DNA of 32,000 bases from NCBI RefSeq assembly GCF_001644705.1, contig NZ_CP015137.1, positions 1,410,001 through 1,442,000 on the forward strand, read 5' to 3'. Below, piece after piece: positions 1-10,746 of the stretch. Every line of letters starts with the position of its first letter. Position 1 is the stretch's first letter. Source of the stretch: Dickeya solani IPO 2222 (lineage in GTDB: Bacteria > Pseudomonadota > Gammaproteobacteria > Enterobacterales > Enterobacteriaceae). Below the pieces are notes generated by a model, which saw nothing but the letters and a program-made list of their open reading frames with translations, was not told where the DNA came from and made no database searches. Both the position numbers and the translations under genes were made by a program.

Positions 1-14
1 TTAATTACAGCCAT
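1..14 (-). CDS. pgk: phosphoglycerate kinase, first 14 nt only (gene runs off the left edge)
   Basis: The minus strand reads AAGAGGAttcaccATGGCTGTAATTAA, giving a strong SD plus an ATG at 14..12. MAVI(K/N) resembles E. coli Pgk MSVIK. The epd-pgk adjacency is conserved in enterobacteria. Only 14 nt are visible. Confidence 0.4.
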
Positions 15-81
15 GGTGAATCCTCTTGTTGATTCTCTTTAAAGTTGCTTGAGTGAGGCGTCGGTCTCCCGGCGCCGCCTA

Positions 82-1098
82 TCAGAAACCGCAGGCCGCC
101 ATCGCCCGAGTTGTGTCCAACATTCGGTTGGCAAAGCCCCATTCGTTATCGCACCAGACCAGGGTCTTGATCAGATGCCCTCCGCTGACCCGGGTTTGCG
201 TTCCATCCACAATCGCGCTATGCGGGTCATGGTTGAAATCCACGGAAACCAACGGCAAATCGGTATAGTCAACTATACCACGAAATGTATTCTGCGCTGA
301 TTGACGAAACAGCGTATTGATTTCACTTACGTTTACCGCATTTTTCACACTGACGCTCAGGTCAATGGCCGTCACATTGATGGTCGGCACCCGCACCGAA
401 ATCGCCTCGAAGCGGTCTTCAAATTTCGGAAAGAAACGGGTAATGCCCACCGCCAGTTTGGTGTCCACCGGAATGATCGACTGGCTGGCCGCACGGGTAC
501 GCCTGAGGTCATGGTGATAAGCGTCAATCACCGGCTGGTCGTTCATCGACGCATGGATCGTGGTGACGGTGCCGCTTTCGATGCCGTACGCATCGTCCAG
601 CAGTTTGATAATCGGAATAATGCAGTTGGTGGTGCAGGAGGCGTTGGACACCAGACGGTGAGCCGGCTGCAAATCCGGATGGTTGACGCCGTACACGATG
701 GTGGCGTCGAGATCCGGCGCGCCGGGATGGGAGAACAGCACTTTCTTCGCTCCCGCCGCCAGATGGGCTTCGCCATCGGCGCGACTGCCGTATACGCCGC
801 TGCAATCCAGCACAATGTCGACGCCGAGATCCCCCCAAGGCAGGGAACGAAGGTCCGACTCATGCAGCAGACGGATAGTGTCATCCCCTACCGACAAACG
901 ATCGCATTCCTGACGCACATCCCACGAAAAACGGCCATGACTGCTGTCGTACTTAAGCAGGTGGGCAATCCCTTCGGCGTTAGCCAGCTCATTAATCGCC
1001 ACGACCGCAATCTCGGCCCGCCGACCGGACTCATACAGCGCGCGCAGTACGCTACGACCTATGCGACCAAAACCGTTTATCGCAATACGGATTGTCAT
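82..1098 (-). CDS. epd: D-erythrose-4-phosphate dehydrogenase
   Basis: The 338-aa ORF starts [15 protein letters not shown] and contains SNASCTTNC (the GAPDH-family active site). It is colinear with E. coli Epd to the C-terminus ([16 protein letters not shown]). ATG confirmed at 1098..1096. Confidence 0.95.
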   Translation of the reverse strand: MTIRIAINGFGRIGRSVLRALYESGRRAEIAVVAINELANAEGIAHLLKYDSSHGRFSWDVRQECDRLSVGDDTIRLLHESDLRSLPWGDLGVDIVLDCSGVYGSRADGEAHLAAGAKKVLFSHPGAPDLDATIVYGVNHPDLQPAHRLVSNASCTTNCIIPIIKLLDDAYGIESGTVTTIHASMNDQPVIDAYHHDLRRTRAASQSIIPVDTKLAVGITRFFPKFEDRFEAISVRVPTINVTAIDLSVSVKNAVNVSEINTLFRQSAQNTFRGIVDYTDLPLVSVDFNHDPHSAIVDGTQTRVSGGHLIKTLVWCDNEWGFANRMLDTTRAMAACGF

Positions 1099-1239
1099 GA
1101 AATTCCCTGTGTAGTGATAAAAGCATCGCGCATCATAGGATAATCAGTACGTCGTCAGGAATAAACCGCTTGTTGCGCGCGGTGTGCCGCAAGCCGGATC
1201 CGACAGAGATCCTGTTCGCCAAACGCTGTCACACCAACA

Positions 1240-1255
1240 ACTGAAACGCTTCAGC
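1240..1255. promoter_or_regulatory. Cra (FruR)-type operator upstream of epd
   Basis: ACTGAAACGCTTCAGC matches the Cra consensus GCTGAAACGTTTCAGC at 14/16 positions, with TGAA..TTCA half-sites. It lies 142-157 nt upstream of the epd ATG. In E. coli the epd-pgk-fbaA operon is Cra-regulated. Confidence 0.5.
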
Positions 1256-1367
1256 TAGCATAAACGAATTGCCGGTCAAAGGAAATATGGCGACAGAACG
1301 GATGCCAGAAGAGTGATCTGCGTCAAAAAATTACCGCACGGTTTGCTACCCAAAAGCTGACGAGATC

Positions 1368-1394
1368 AAAAAAGGCCGGGAGACGATCCCGGCC
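1368..1394 (-). terminator. rho-independent terminator after tktA
   Basis: On the minus strand the hairpin GGCCGGGA-tcgtc-TCCCGGCC is followed by TTTTTT, 30 nt after the tktA stop codon. Confidence 0.8.
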
Positions 1395-1423
1395 TTGCAA
1401 GAGAGGTTAACGAAGTAATGTGC

Positions 1424-3418
1424 TTATTTCAGCAGCGCTTTCGCCTTCGCTACCACGTTGTCGGTGGTGAAACCAAACACGTCGAACAGTTTTTCTGCCG
1501 GCGCCGATTCACCAAAGCTTTGCATACCAACAATCGCGCCATTCAGACCCACATATTTGTACCAGTAGTCAGCGATGCTGGCTTCGATCGCCACACGGGC
1601 AGCCACAGCAGACGGCAGCACCGCTTCACGGTAGGCCGCATCCTGCTTGTCGAACGCATCGGTAGACGGCATGGACACCACGCGCGCTTTGACGCCTTCG
1701 TCGGTCAGTTTCTGCCAGGCCGCTACAGCCAGCTCCACTTCCGAACCGGTCGCGATCAGAATCAGCTGCGGCTGGCCGCCGCTGTCTTTCAGCACATAGG
1801 CGCCTTTAGCGACGTCCGCCAGCTGCTGGGCGGTGCGATCCTGCTGCGCCAGATTCTGGCGGGACAGGATCAGCGCGGTCGGGCCGTCTTTACGCTCAAT
1901 GGCGTATTTCCAGGCCACCGCGGTTTCTACCTGATCCGCCGGTCGCCAGGTGCTCACGTTAGGCGTCACACGCAGGCTGGCCAGTTGTTCCACCGGCTGG
2001 TGGGTCGGGCCGTCTTCGCCCAGACCGATGGAGTCGTGGGTGTAGACATAGATGCTGCGCACTTTCATCAGCGCCGCCATACGCACCGCGTTACGGGCAT
2101 ATTCGACGAACATCAGGAAAGTCGCGGTGTACGGCACGAAGCCGCCGTGCAGCGTGATACCGTTGGCGATAGCGGTCATGCCGAACTCGCGCACGCCGTA
2201 GTGGATGTAGTTGCCGGCCGGATCTTCATTCAGCGCTTTAGAACCGGACCAGATCGTCAGGTTGCTCGGCGCCAGGTCGGCGGAACCACCCAGGAATTCC
2301 GGCAGCAGCTTACCATAGGCTTCCAGCGCGTTCTGCGAGGCTTTACGGCTGGCGATCTTAGCCGGGTTAGCCTGCAGCTGTTCAATCACCTTGGCCGATT
2401 CTGCCTGCCAGTTAGCCGGCAGTTCGCCGCTAACGCGACGGGTGAATTCGGCAGCCAGTTCCGGATAGGCGCTGGCGTAAGCGTTGAACGCCTGTTGCCA
2501 GGCCGCTTCTTTGCTCTGACCGGCTTTGCGGGCATCCCAGGCGGCGTAGATGTCGGCCGGGATTTCAAACGGACCGTATTTCCAGCCCAGCTGTTCGCGG
2601 GTGGCGGCTACTTCAGCATCGCCCAGCGGCGCGCCGTGGGAATCGTGGGTACCGGCTTTGTTCGGCGAGCCGAAACCGATCACGGTTTTGCACAGCAGCA
2701 GCGATGGTTTGTCGGTCACGCTCTGCGCTTCGTTGATGGCGCGCTGGATAGCGTCGGCGTCGTGACCGTCGATACCACGCACCACATGCCAGCCGTAGGC
2801 TTCGAAACGAGCGGCGGTGTCATCGGTGAACCAACCTTCGATATGACCATCGATGGAAATACCGTTGTCATCGTAGAAGGCGACCAGTTTGCCCAGTTTC
2901 AGGGTCCCGGCCAGTGAACAGACTTCATGGGAAATCCCTTCCATCATGCAACCGTCACCCAGGAACACGTAGGTGTGGTGGTCAACGATGTCATGACCCG
3001 GACGGTTGAACTGCGCCGCCAGCGTGCGCTCGGCAATCGCCATGCCCACCGCGTTGGCGATCCCCTGGCCCAGCGGACCAGTAGTGGTTTCCACGCCCGG
3101 CGTATAACCCACTTCCGGGTGGCCCGGCGTTCTGGAGTGCAGTTGGCGGAAGTTTTTCAGTTCTTCAATCGGCAGATCGTAACCGGTCAGGTGCAGCAGG
3201 CTATAGATCAGCATGGATGCGTGGCCGTTGGACAGTACGAAGCGGTCGCGGTTGGCCCAATGCGGGTTGGCCGGGTTATGGTTCAGGTGGTCACGCCACA
3301 GTACTTCGGCGATATCCGCCATACCCATCGGTGCGCCCGGATGGCCAGATTTGGCCTTCTGCACGCCATCCATACTCAACGCACGGATAGCATTGGCAAG
3401 TTCTTTACGAGAGGACAT
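1424..3418 (-). CDS. tktA: transketolase
   Basis: The 664-aa ORF starts [40 protein letters not shown] and is full-length colinear with E. coli TktA. ATG at 3418..3416. Confidence 0.97.
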   Translation of the reverse strand: MSSRKELANAIRALSMDGVQKAKSGHPGAPMGMADIAEVLWRDHLNHNPANPHWANRDRFVLSNGHASMLIYSLLHLTGYDLPIEELKNFRQLHSRTPGHPEVGYTPGVETTTGPLGQGIANAVGMAIAERTLAAQFNRPGHDIVDHHTYVFLGDGCMMEGISHEVCSLAGTLKLGKLVAFYDDNGISIDGHIEGWFTDDTAARFEAYGWHVVRGIDGHDADAIQRAINEAQSVTDKPSLLLCKTVIGFGSPNKAGTHDSHGAPLGDAEVAATREQLGWKYGPFEIPADIYAAWDARKAGQSKEAAWQQAFNAYASAYPELAAEFTRRVSGELPANWQAESAKVIEQLQANPAKIASRKASQNALEAYGKLLPEFLGGSADLAPSNLTIWSGSKALNEDPAGNYIHYGVREFGMTAIANGITLHGGFVPYTATFLMFVEYARNAVRMAALMKVRSIYVYTHDSIGLGEDGPTHQPVEQLASLRVTPNVSTWRPADQVETAVAWKYAIERKDGPTALILSRQNLAQQDRTAQQLADVAKGAYVLKDSGGQPQLILIATGSEVELAVAAWQKLTDEGVKARVVSMPSTDAFDKQDAAYREAVLPSAVAARVAIEASIADYWYKYVGLNGAIVGMQSFGESAPAEKLFDVFGFTTDNVVAKAKALLK

Positions 3419-3783
3419 GCTTTACTCCAGATCGGATTGAACAGTTGCCTGTCGAACATAAAACATAGTAATCAATGTGTTAGCTCAAAAAGGCAAAGAA
3501 GAGATATCCACAAATGTACATGAAAACCCAGCCGATTGCACATGGAACAGCAAGCGGAAAAAACGCACGAATCTGCTGACATGCAGGCCGAATAGCAGGC
3601 TTTTCTGTTCATCAGGGCGGTTTTATCTGTTTCAGCTCACTCGATGTAGCAGCTTTGCCTGTTTACGCCCGCGATTTTTTCGTTACAGTTTGAATGGATA
3701 TGATTGCTGCGCTCGCTGAAGCGAGCCGCTCGTCTGGCGTGCGTCAGTTACATCATCGCGCAGCATCCATCAGCAAGAACAGT

Positions 3784-3815
3784 AAAAAGAGGCATCCCTC
3801 AGGGATGCCTCTTTT
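3784..3815 (-). terminator. rho-independent terminator after tsgA (looks bidirectional)
   Basis: Hairpin AGAGGCATCCC-tca-GGGATGCCTCT is flanked by an A-run on the left and a T-run on the right. On the minus strand it is followed by TTTTT, about 30 nt after the tsgA stop. Confidence 0.8.
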
Positions 3816-3846
3816 GATCTGGTTGCTAACCGGAGACTATCCCCGA

Positions 3847-5040
3847 TTAGTGCGCGACGGCTTCATGCCCGTGCAGACGGTGACGGGTCACCAGCCCCAG
3901 CAGGAAGCACATGACGAACACCACAAAATACAGGCCGTTGGCGGTCACCAGTGCCGCATGTACGCCAAAATTCTGCACGATCGGCCCGGTAACGATAAAG
4001 GTCAGCATGGTCCCGACCGTTCCGCAGGTCAGAATGAAGTTCACCAGCTTCGGCGACGGCACTTTGGTCTGCTGGGAACCCAGGGTAATCAGCGTGGTGT
4101 AGATGGCGCTGGAAATAAAGCCCAGGCCGAAAATGAAGTATTTCAGCAGTTGAGGCTGATCGCTGCTCACGAACAGGTACATCGCCCCCGCGGCCAAAAT
4201 AGCCAGTACGGTAACCACGCGCTGCAAATCAAAGAACTTGAGCACAACGCTAAAGACCCACATACCAATCATGTATGACGTCCAGAAACTGCTGACCAGT
4301 TCGCCGGCATCGCCGATACTCATGCCAAAGGATTTGGTCACATACTCCGGCACCCACTGGATAAACGCCAGTTGTCCCAGGATGTAGCACAGCGCCGCGA
4401 TCGACAGAAACACCACGCCCATACCCCATTTTTCTGTCTCGACGGACGTTTCCTGAACGCTGGTTTTATCCGTGCCGATGACGGGGAAGTCAGATAACAG
4501 CGTCAGTACCAGAATCGCCACGTACAGCAGCCCGATACAGGCGTAAATCCAGTACCAGCCGAAATGACGAGACAATAACGCCGCGGCCGCAATCGGGAAA
4601 ATCATGCCGGCCATACTGAAAAACGAATCGGTGAACAGCAGACGGGCGCCGCGCTGACGGCCGGAATAGAGTTGCGTAATCAGGAAGGTGCCGATCGACA
4701 TGGTAATGCCGCTGACCACGCCCAGCGTAAACATGCAGGCGGAAAAAACAGCCAGCGATTTACCCACGAACAGCCCGATGATCGACAAAACGATCAGAAT
4801 AAAACCGAAGACCAGCTGTTTTTTCAGCGGGAAAATATCCATCAGCCACACATTCAGGAAAATGGACAGCAAAATACCGGCGTTCAGAAACGTAAAGGTA
4901 TTGCTCATATTGGCTATCGGCACATTGAAATACTGGGCGATATCACCCATGACCATACCGGTCACGATAACCAGCGCACCGGTCAACGCATAAGAAAAGC
5001 AACTGGTAAAAAACAGCCGCTGACGATTGAGATCAGACAT
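3847..5040 (-). CDS. tsgA: MFS-type transporter TsgA
   Basis: The 397-aa polytopic membrane protein carries long identical blocks to E. coli TsgA: [30 protein letters not shown], [23 protein letters not shown], [26 protein letters not shown]. Confidence 0.85.
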   Translation of the reverse strand: MSDLNRQRLFFTSCFSYALTGALVIVTGMVMGDIAQYFNVPIANMSNTFTFLNAGILLSIFLNVWLMDIFPLKKQLVFGFILIVLSIIGLFVGKSLAVFSACMFTLGVVSGITMSIGTFLITQLYSGRQRGARLLFTDSFFSMAGMIFPIAAAALLSRHFGWYWIYACIGLLYVAILVLTLLSDFPVIGTDKTSVQETSVETEKWGMGVVFLSIAALCYILGQLAFIQWVPEYVTKSFGMSIGDAGELVSSFWTSYMIGMWVFSVVLKFFDLQRVVTVLAILAAGAMYLFVSSDQPQLLKYFIFGLGFISSAIYTTLITLGSQQTKVPSPKLVNFILTCGTVGTMLTFIVTGPIVQNFGVHAALVTANGLYFVVFVMCFLLGLVTRHRLHGHEAVAH

Positions 5041-5217
5041 ATATCATTCCTGTCATAAACATGAAAAACGCCATCCCGAGACTGGATTCAGTATCGAAAT
5101 AATGCGCAACCCCTAATCAGAGTGTTTATCTGGCCGCGATATCTTACGGTATTGCCAACCAATTATTCTGACTCCGCAGCACGCCTCGCTACCCGATCGG
5201 GCATTCTGCCACCCCTG

Positions 5218-5258
5218 AAAAAGAAAAAGGTTGAGTACCTCATCAGTACTCAACCTTT
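5218..5258 (-). terminator. rho-independent terminator after speA
   Basis: A 13-bp stem AAAGGTTGAGTAC / GTACTCAACCTTT with a 7-nt loop is followed on the minus strand by TTTTTCTTTTT, directly after the speA stop at 5271. Confidence 0.85.
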
Positions 5259-5270
5259 CCGTACGAAATA

Positions 5271-7247
5271 TTATTCGTCTTCCAGATACGTATAACCGTA
5301 CAAGCCGGTTTCAAATTCTTCAAGGAATTGCGCTTGCAGTTCCGGCGCCAGATCGGTTTCCTTGACCTGATCGCGGAAGCGGGACATCAGCACGTTCGGG
5401 TCCAGCTGCACATATTCCAGCATGTCGGCAACGGTGTTGCCTTCGTCCGACTCTTCCAGCTCGACGGTACCGTCCTGGAACACGAACACGTCCACGGTGG
5501 AGGTGTCACCGAACAGGTTATGCATGTTGCCGAGAATTTCCTGATAAGCACCAACCATGAAAAAGCCCAGCAGCGGCGGGTTTTCCGGGTCGTACGGCGG
5601 CATCGGCATGGTGGTAGCGACGCCGTCGCCGTCCACATAATGATCGATGGCGCCGTCGGAGTCACAGGTAATATCCAGCAACACTGCGCGACGCTGCGGC
5701 GGCTTATCCAGCCCTTCCAGCGGCAGTACCGGGAACAACTGGTCGATCCCCCAGGCATCCGGCATCGATTGGAACAGCGAGAAGTTGACGTACAGCTTAT
5801 CCGCCATGCGTTCCTGCAACTCATCAATGATCGGCCGGTGGGCGCGGTTGCTCGGATCAAGCTGCTGCTGAATCTGCTGGCAAATGTTGAGATACAGTTG
5901 CTCCGCCTGCGCGCGTTGGGTCAAATCCAGCATGCCGTGGGTGTATTGAGTGTGGATGTCGTGCAGGTCCATCTGGCTGTCGTGCAGCCATTCGCGCAGA
6001 GAGCGACGGTTGCCCGGCTCCTTGATTTCCTGCCAGGTATTCCACAGGCTTTCCAGCGCGCGCGGCGCGTCTTCATCCGGCGCCACCGGTTCGCTGAATT
6101 CGTTGCGTTCCACCCCGATGATGTTGGACACCAGTACGGTGTGATGCGCGGTGACGGCGCGCCCGGATTCGGTGATCACCGTCGGATGCGGTAGGCCGTA
6201 TTCGTTACAAGCGTCGCCGATGCCCCAGATGACGTTGTTGGCGTATTCGTTCAGGCCGTAGTTGACCGAACAATCGGACTGGGAACGGGTTCCCTCGTAA
6301 TCGACGCCCAGACCGCCGCCCACGTCGAAGCACTGGATGTTGACGCCCAGCTTGTGCAGTTCGACGTAGAAACGCGCCGATTCACGCACGCCGGTCGCGA
6401 TATCGCGGATGTTCGCCAGCTGCGAACCGAGATGGAAGTGCAGCAGTTGCAGGCTGTCGAGGCGGTTGGCCTTACGCAGCAGTTCCACCAGTTGCAACAC
6501 CTGCGTCGCCGCCAGACCGAACTTGGATTTCTCGCCGCCGCTCGACTGCCATTTGCCGGAGCCCTGCGATGCCAGACGAGCGCGCACGCCCAAACGCGGT
6601 ACCACGTTCAGCCGTTCGGCTTCCTCCAGCACCATATTGATTTCCGACATCTTTTCGATGACCAGATACACCTTGTGGCCCAGCTTTTCGCCGATCAGCG
6701 CCAGACGGATATATTCGCGGTCTTTATAACCGTTGCAGACGATCACGGAGCGGGTCATACCGGCGTGGCCCAGCACCGCCATCAGCTCGGCTTTAGAACC
6801 CGCTTCCAGTCCCAGCGGCTCGCCGGAATTGATCAGAGATTCAATTACGCGGCGATGTTGGTTAACTTTGATGGGATATACCAGGAAATAGCCGCCTTCA
6901 TAACCGAAGGACTCACGCGCGCGTTTGAACGCCGCGTTGATGGAACGCAGACGGTGCTGCAGAATCTGCGGGAAGCAGAACAACGCCGGCAGACGCTGAT
7001 TGTTCTGCTGACGGGTTTTCACCAGCTTGGCCAGGTCAACGCGCGCTTCCGGCACATCCGGATCCGGACACACGCTGATGTGCCCCAGCTCGTTGACGTC
7101 GTAATAGTTATTACCCCACCAGGCAATGTTATAGGTTCTCAGCATCTCGCTGGCGTCGCGGTCATTCATGGCTACCTCCTGCATGGAGCGCAGATGATCG
7201 TGTTTACCCGCCGCTGACGAGTACGGTTGAATCATATCGTCAGACAT
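5271..7247 (-). CDS. speA: biosynthetic arginine decarboxylase
   Basis: The 658-aa ORF is colinear with E. coli SpeA from MSDDM through YGYTYLEDE, including [46 protein letters not shown] lies before the ATG at 7247. Confidence 0.97.
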   Translation of the reverse strand: MSDDMIQPYSSAAGKHDHLRSMQEVAMNDRDASEMLRTYNIAWWGNNYYDVNELGHISVCPDPDVPEARVDLAKLVKTRQQNNQRLPALFCFPQILQHRLRSINAAFKRARESFGYEGGYFLVYPIKVNQHRRVIESLINSGEPLGLEAGSKAELMAVLGHAGMTRSVIVCNGYKDREYIRLALIGEKLGHKVYLVIEKMSEINMVLEEAERLNVVPRLGVRARLASQGSGKWQSSGGEKSKFGLAATQVLQLVELLRKANRLDSLQLLHFHLGSQLANIRDIATGVRESARFYVELHKLGVNIQCFDVGGGLGVDYEGTRSQSDCSVNYGLNEYANNVIWGIGDACNEYGLPHPTVITESGRAVTAHHTVLVSNIIGVERNEFSEPVAPDEDAPRALESLWNTWQEIKEPGNRRSLREWLHDSQMDLHDIHTQYTHGMLDLTQRAQAEQLYLNICQQIQQQLDPSNRAHRPIIDELQERMADKLYVNFSLFQSMPDAWGIDQLFPVLPLEGLDKPPQRRAVLLDITCDSDGAIDHYVDGDGVATTMPMPPYDPENPPLLGFFMVGAYQEILGNMHNLFGDTSTVDVFVFQDGTVELEESDEGNTVADMLEYVQLDPNVLMSRFRDQVKETDLAPELQAQFLEEFETGLYGYTYLEDE

Positions 7248-7952
7248 GGCGATCCCCTTCTTCCACTTCTTGATGAATAATCACATTTTTTCCCGCAACA
7301 AACACCGGCGGCACAGCAAAAGCGCGCAACGCCGGCAGTGAAAAAACCGACGAGCAATAGTATGCCGCCGTTTTATGACTCTTATTAGTGTAAAACACGA
7401 TGTCAGACTCCGAGGTTCGGGTCGGTGAAAACCAGGGAAAACATCGCCAAGAAGAATGCAAACGCATTCACTGGCGCGGAGAAAAAAGCAGGTTAGCCAG
7501 CTCGGGAATCCTGCGTTGCGCTGCGGGACAGGCAACTTCGGGCAAATGGCGGAAAGGATTGAGTCAGTGACGCGATGGCGTCAGAAGAAAAGCGCAGCGG
7601 GCGCAACTCACTCAATAAACAACGGATCATTAATCCTATCACCTCCACGCTCGCCGCAGATGATGCGGTCAGGCTATCACGAAAAACCATCGGGAAAATG
7701 GTCAAACAGTATCGGGCCAAATCCCGTCGCCAACACCCGCATATCACCCCGGATAAGCGTCGCACAGCGTGCCGGAACCGCCCGAATGACGGACAAAAAA
7801 ACCGCTCGCCGTTTATACCTATCCGTCCCCGGAAAAGCAAAATGAAAATGGTAAAAAACCCTATCATTTCCGCAAAAGATGCCGATGAACATCTGCAACC
7901 GGTCCGAGCAGCATAAAAACTGCTGGCATGGGGCTACGGTGTGACCTAGAAT

Positions 7953-7976
7953 GGCCGTCCAGATGTTAATCCATCT
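7953..7976. promoter_or_regulatory. three contiguous degenerate MetJ-box-like octamers upstream of metK
   Basis: GGCCGTCC AGATGTTA ATCCATCT each match the met-box consensus AGACGTCT at 5/8 positions and are in exact 8-bp register. They overlap a candidate promoter (gTGACc-18-gtTAAT, 7941-7970). Confidence 0.3.
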
Positions 7977-7990
7977 ATACTGATTAACTA

Positions 7991-8117
7991 TATACCCCAA
8001 ATAATTCGCGTTGCAGGAAGGCGGCAACCGAGTGAATCCCCAAGAGCTTACATCAGTAAGTGACTGGGGTGAGCGAGGGCAGCCAACACACCTGCAACCT
8101 GAAATATGACGGGTATA
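7991..8117 (+). repeat. ERIC (enterobacterial repetitive intergenic consensus / IRU) element, unit-length 127 bp
   Basis: Positions 8032-8053 are GTGAATCCCCAAGAGCTTACAT, 21/22 to the reverse complement of primer ERIC1R. Positions 8054-8075 are CAGTAAGTGACTGGGGTGAGCG, 21/22 to primer ERIC2. Terminal inverted repeats are tatacccc...gggtata. Confidence 0.9.
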
Positions 8118-8156
8118 AATTGCTTAACGGCTTTAGCTTATAAGGTAAAGAAACTC

Positions 8157-9311
8157 ATGGCTAAACACCTTTTTACGTCCGAGTCGGTCTCCGAAGGACA
8201 TCCTGATAAAATTGCTGACCAGATTTCCGACGCCGTCCTTGACGCGATTCTGGAGCAAGACCCCAAAGCGCGAGTCGCCTGCGAAACTTACGTAAAAACC
8301 GGTATGGTGTTAGTTGGTGGTGAAATTACCACCAGCGCCTGGGTAGATATCGAAGAGATTACGCGCCGCACCGTACGCGAAATTGGTTACGTCAACTCCG
8401 AGATGGGCTTTGACGCCAACTCCTGCGCCGTACTGAGCGCGATCGGCAAACAGTCTCCGGACATCAACCAGGGTGTTGACCGCAAAGATCCGCTGGAACA
8501 AGGCGCGGGCGACCAGGGCCTGATGTTCGGCTATGCCACCAACGAAACCGACGTGCTGATGCCGGCACCGATCACTTACGCGCATCGTCTGGTGCAGCGC
8601 CAATCCGAAGTGCGTAAAAGCGGCACCCTGCCGTGGCTGCGCCCGGACGCCAAAAGCCAGGTGACCTTCGCGTACGACAACGGCAAGATCGTCGGCATTG
8701 ATGCGGTGGTGCTGTCTACCCAGCATTCGGAATCCATCGCGCAGAAAGATCTGCAAGAAGCGGTAATGGAAGAGATCATCAAGCCGGTTCTGCCGTCTGA
8801 ATGGCTCTCCGCCAACACCAAATACTTTATCAACCCGACCGGCCGTTTCGTGATCGGCGGCCCGATGGGCGACTGCGGCCTGACCGGTCGTAAAATCATC
8901 GTCGATACCTACGGCGGCGCGGCGCGTCACGGCGGTGGCGCATTCTCCGGCAAAGACCCGTCCAAAGTGGACCGTTCCGCCGCCTATGCCGCCCGTTATG
9001 TGGCGAAAAACATCGTTGCCGCCGGTCTGGCGGACCGCTGTGAAATTCAGGTGTCCTATGCTATCGGCGTAGCGGAACCGACCTCCATCATGGTGGAAAC
9101 CTTCGGTACCGGGAAAGTGTCCAGCGACCGACTGGTCGATTTGGTGCGCCAGTTCTTCGATCTGCGCCCGTACGGCCTGATCCAGATGCTGGACCTGCTG
9201 CACCCGTTCTATCAGCAAACCGCGGCTTACGGTCACTTTGGCCGTGCGGAATTCCCGTGGGAAAAAACCGACGTAGCAGAAAAACTGCGTGATGCCGCCG
9301 GCCTGAAATAA
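8157..9311 (+). CDS. metK: S-adenosylmethionine synthetase
   Basis: [32 protein letters not shown] and the rest match E. coli MetK. I moved the start from the ORF-track 8106 to the ATG at 8157 (Met18), which has SD AAGGTAAAG. Confidence 0.97.
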   Translation: MAKHLFTSESVSEGHPDKIADQISDAVLDAILEQDPKARVACETYVKTGMVLVGGEITTSAWVDIEEITRRTVREIGYVNSEMGFDANSCAVLSAIGKQSPDINQGVDRKDPLEQGAGDQGLMFGYATNETDVLMPAPITYAHRLVQRQSEVRKSGTLPWLRPDAKSQVTFAYDNGKIVGIDAVVLSTQHSESIAQKDLQEAVMEEIIKPVLPSEWLSANTKYFINPTGRFVIGGPMGDCGLTGRKIIVDTYGGAARHGGGAFSGKDPSKVDRSAAYAARYVAKNIVAAGLADRCEIQVSYAIGVAEPTSIMVETFGTGKVSSDRLVDLVRQFFDLRPYGLIQMLDLLHPFYQQTAAYGHFGRAEFPWEKTDVAEKLRDAAGLK

Positions 9312-9331
9312 TCGCTCCGCGTTGTCATGCC

Positions 9332-9362
9332 AAACGGCGAAGCCTCTGCTTCGCCGTTTTTT
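9332..9362 (+). terminator. rho-independent terminator after metK
   Basis: Hairpin AAACGGCGAAGC-ctct-GCTTCGCCGTTT runs into a T6 tract, 21 nt after the stop codon. Confidence 0.85.
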
Positions 9363-9422
9363 ATTGTCGGGCCGCCGGCGGGCGTTATTGCATCCGGCTC
9401 GCCCAGCCCGTAAGCTGCCAGC

Positions 9423-9935
9423 ATGAACACACCACGACTCCCTATCGCCCTGCAGCAAGCGGTGATGCGCTGTTTGCGGGAGAAACTCCAGCAGGCCAAC
9501 TCGCTATTGGGTTGTGATTACCCCGAACCCGTCATCAACTATCAGCAACGCGGCTCCACCGCCGGCAGCGCCTGGCTGAAAGAGTGGGAAGTCCGCCTCA
9601 ATCCGGTATTGCTGCAGGAAAACCAACAGGCGTTTATCGATGAAGTCGTCCCGCATGAACTGGCGCATCTGCTGGTGCACGCCCGTTTCGGCAAAGTCGC
9701 GCCGCATGGCCGGGAATGGCGCTGGATGATGGAAAGCGTGCTGAACGTGCCCGCCCGCCGTACCCACCAGTTTGCGCTCGCCTCGGTGCAGGGCAAAACC
9801 TTCCTTTATCAGTGCGCTTGCCGCCGGCACGAACTCACCCTGCGCCGCCACAACCGGGTAATCCGGGGCGAATCGGAGTACCGTTGCCGGTCTTGCGGCG
9901 AGCGGTTACGCGCTCTCGTAACAAATTCTGTTTAA
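9423..9935 (+). CDS. sprT: SprT-family zinc metalloprotease-like protein
   Basis: 170 aa with [18 protein letters not shown], the HELAHL zinc motif, and [26 protein letters not shown] as in E. coli SprT (YggI). A C-terminal CxxC..CxxC is present. Confidence 0.9.
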   Translation: MNTPRLPIALQQAVMRCLREKLQQANSLLGCDYPEPVINYQQRGSTAGSAWLKEWEVRLNPVLLQENQQAFIDEVVPHELAHLLVHARFGKVAPHGREWRWMMESVLNVPARRTHQFALASVQGKTFLYQCACRRHELTLRRHNRVIRGESEYRCRSCGERLRALVTNSV

Positions 9936-10034
9936 AACAGAAATTCAGCGTTTCATACTGCTTTTTTTGCGTTTGCCTGCATAGAGCGCTTCAGGTACGC
10001 TGCCCACTTTCAACCCTGCTGGTAATTCTGGAAT

Positions 10035-10733
10035 ATGCTTCGCAATCTTGTCATTTTCGCTGTGTTGGGCGCGGGCCTGACGACGTTGGCCGCCGCCGGT
10101 CAGGACATCAACAACTTTACGCAAGCCAAGGCCGCCGCCGCCAAAATCCATCAGGATGCGCCCGGCACCTTCTATTGCGGCTGTAAGATCGACTGGCAGG
10201 GCAAAAAAGGGACGCCGGACCTGGCTTCCTGCGGCTATCAGGTTCGCAAAGACGCCAACCGCGCCAGCCGCATCGAGTGGGAGCACGTGGTGCCGGCGTG
10301 GCAGTTTGGTCACCAGCGCCAGTGCTGGCAGGACGGCGGCCGCAAGAACTGCACCAAAGACGATGTTTACCGCCAGATAGAAACCGATTTGCACAACCTA
10401 CAGCCGGCGATTGGCGAAGTGAACGGCGATCGCGGCAACTTTATGTACAGCCAGTGGAACGGCGGCGAGCGCCAGTACGGCCAGTGCGAGATGAAGATTG
10501 ATTTTAAAAACCAACTGGCGGAACCGCCCGAACGCGCCCGCGGCGCCATCGCCCGTACCTACTTCTATATGCGTGACCGTTACAACCTGAACCTGTCCCG
10601 CCAACAAACCCAGCTGTTTGACGTCTGGAACAAGCAGTATCCGGTCACCGCGTGGGAGTGTACCCGCGAGAAACGCATCGCCGCCGTACAGGGCAACCAC
10701 AACCCGTATGTGCAACAGGCTTGCCAGCCCTGA
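10035..10733 (+). CDS. endA: periplasmic DNA endonuclease I
   Basis: 232 aa with an N-terminal signal peptide ([21 protein letters not shown]). [16 protein letters not shown] and [15 protein letters not shown] are characteristic of the EndA/Vvn family. Confidence 0.93.
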   Translation: MLRNLVIFAVLGAGLTTLAAAGQDINNFTQAKAAAAKIHQDAPGTFYCGCKIDWQGKKGTPDLASCGYQVRKDANRASRIEWEHVVPAWQFGHQRQCWQDGGRKNCTKDDVYRQIETDLHNLQPAIGEVNGDRGNFMYSQWNGGERQYGQCEMKIDFKNQLAEPPERARGAIARTYFYMRDRYNLNLSRQQTQLFDVWNKQYPVTAWECTREKRIAAVQGNHNPYVQQACQP

Positions 10734-10746
10734 CGCCACTCCCTAC

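Noticed and set aside
1418-2917. A 499-aa plus-strand ORF, and similar long ORFs at 301-1143, 5328-6194, 6354-7217, 8310-9458, 14018-14869, 17028-17726, 18560-19201, 24306-25529, 26433-27077 and 29156-29872.
   Set aside because: Each lies antisense to a gene whose product I can align with a known E. coli protein. Their products are Arg/Gly/His/Val-rich low-complexity strings typical of stop-free antisense frames in GC-rich coding DNA, and they have no SD or independent support.
3504-3512. A DnaA-box-like ATATCCACA (8/9) upstream of tktA.
   Set aside because: It is a single one-mismatch box with no partners nearby. Such matches are frequent by chance.
7240-7467. A 75-aa minus-strand ORF ending in ATGTCTGA overlap with the speA start codon (possible coupled uORF or yqgB equivalent).
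   Set aside because: There is no SD before its ATG. Its Trp/Cys/Phe-rich composition is not protein-like, and I see no convincing similarity to E. coli YqgB as I recall it. The stop/start overlap is real but easily accidental. It is left as part of the spacer finding rather than called as a gene.
7456-8027. ORFs of 113-129 aa on both strands inside the speA-metK spacer (7456-7845 +, 7575-7916 +, 7493-7867 -, 7677-8027 -).
   Set aside because: They mutually overlap, are Arg/Lys/Ser/Pro-rich or hydrophobic nonsense, lack SDs, and one runs into the ERIC element. Chance open frames in skewed sequence explain them better.
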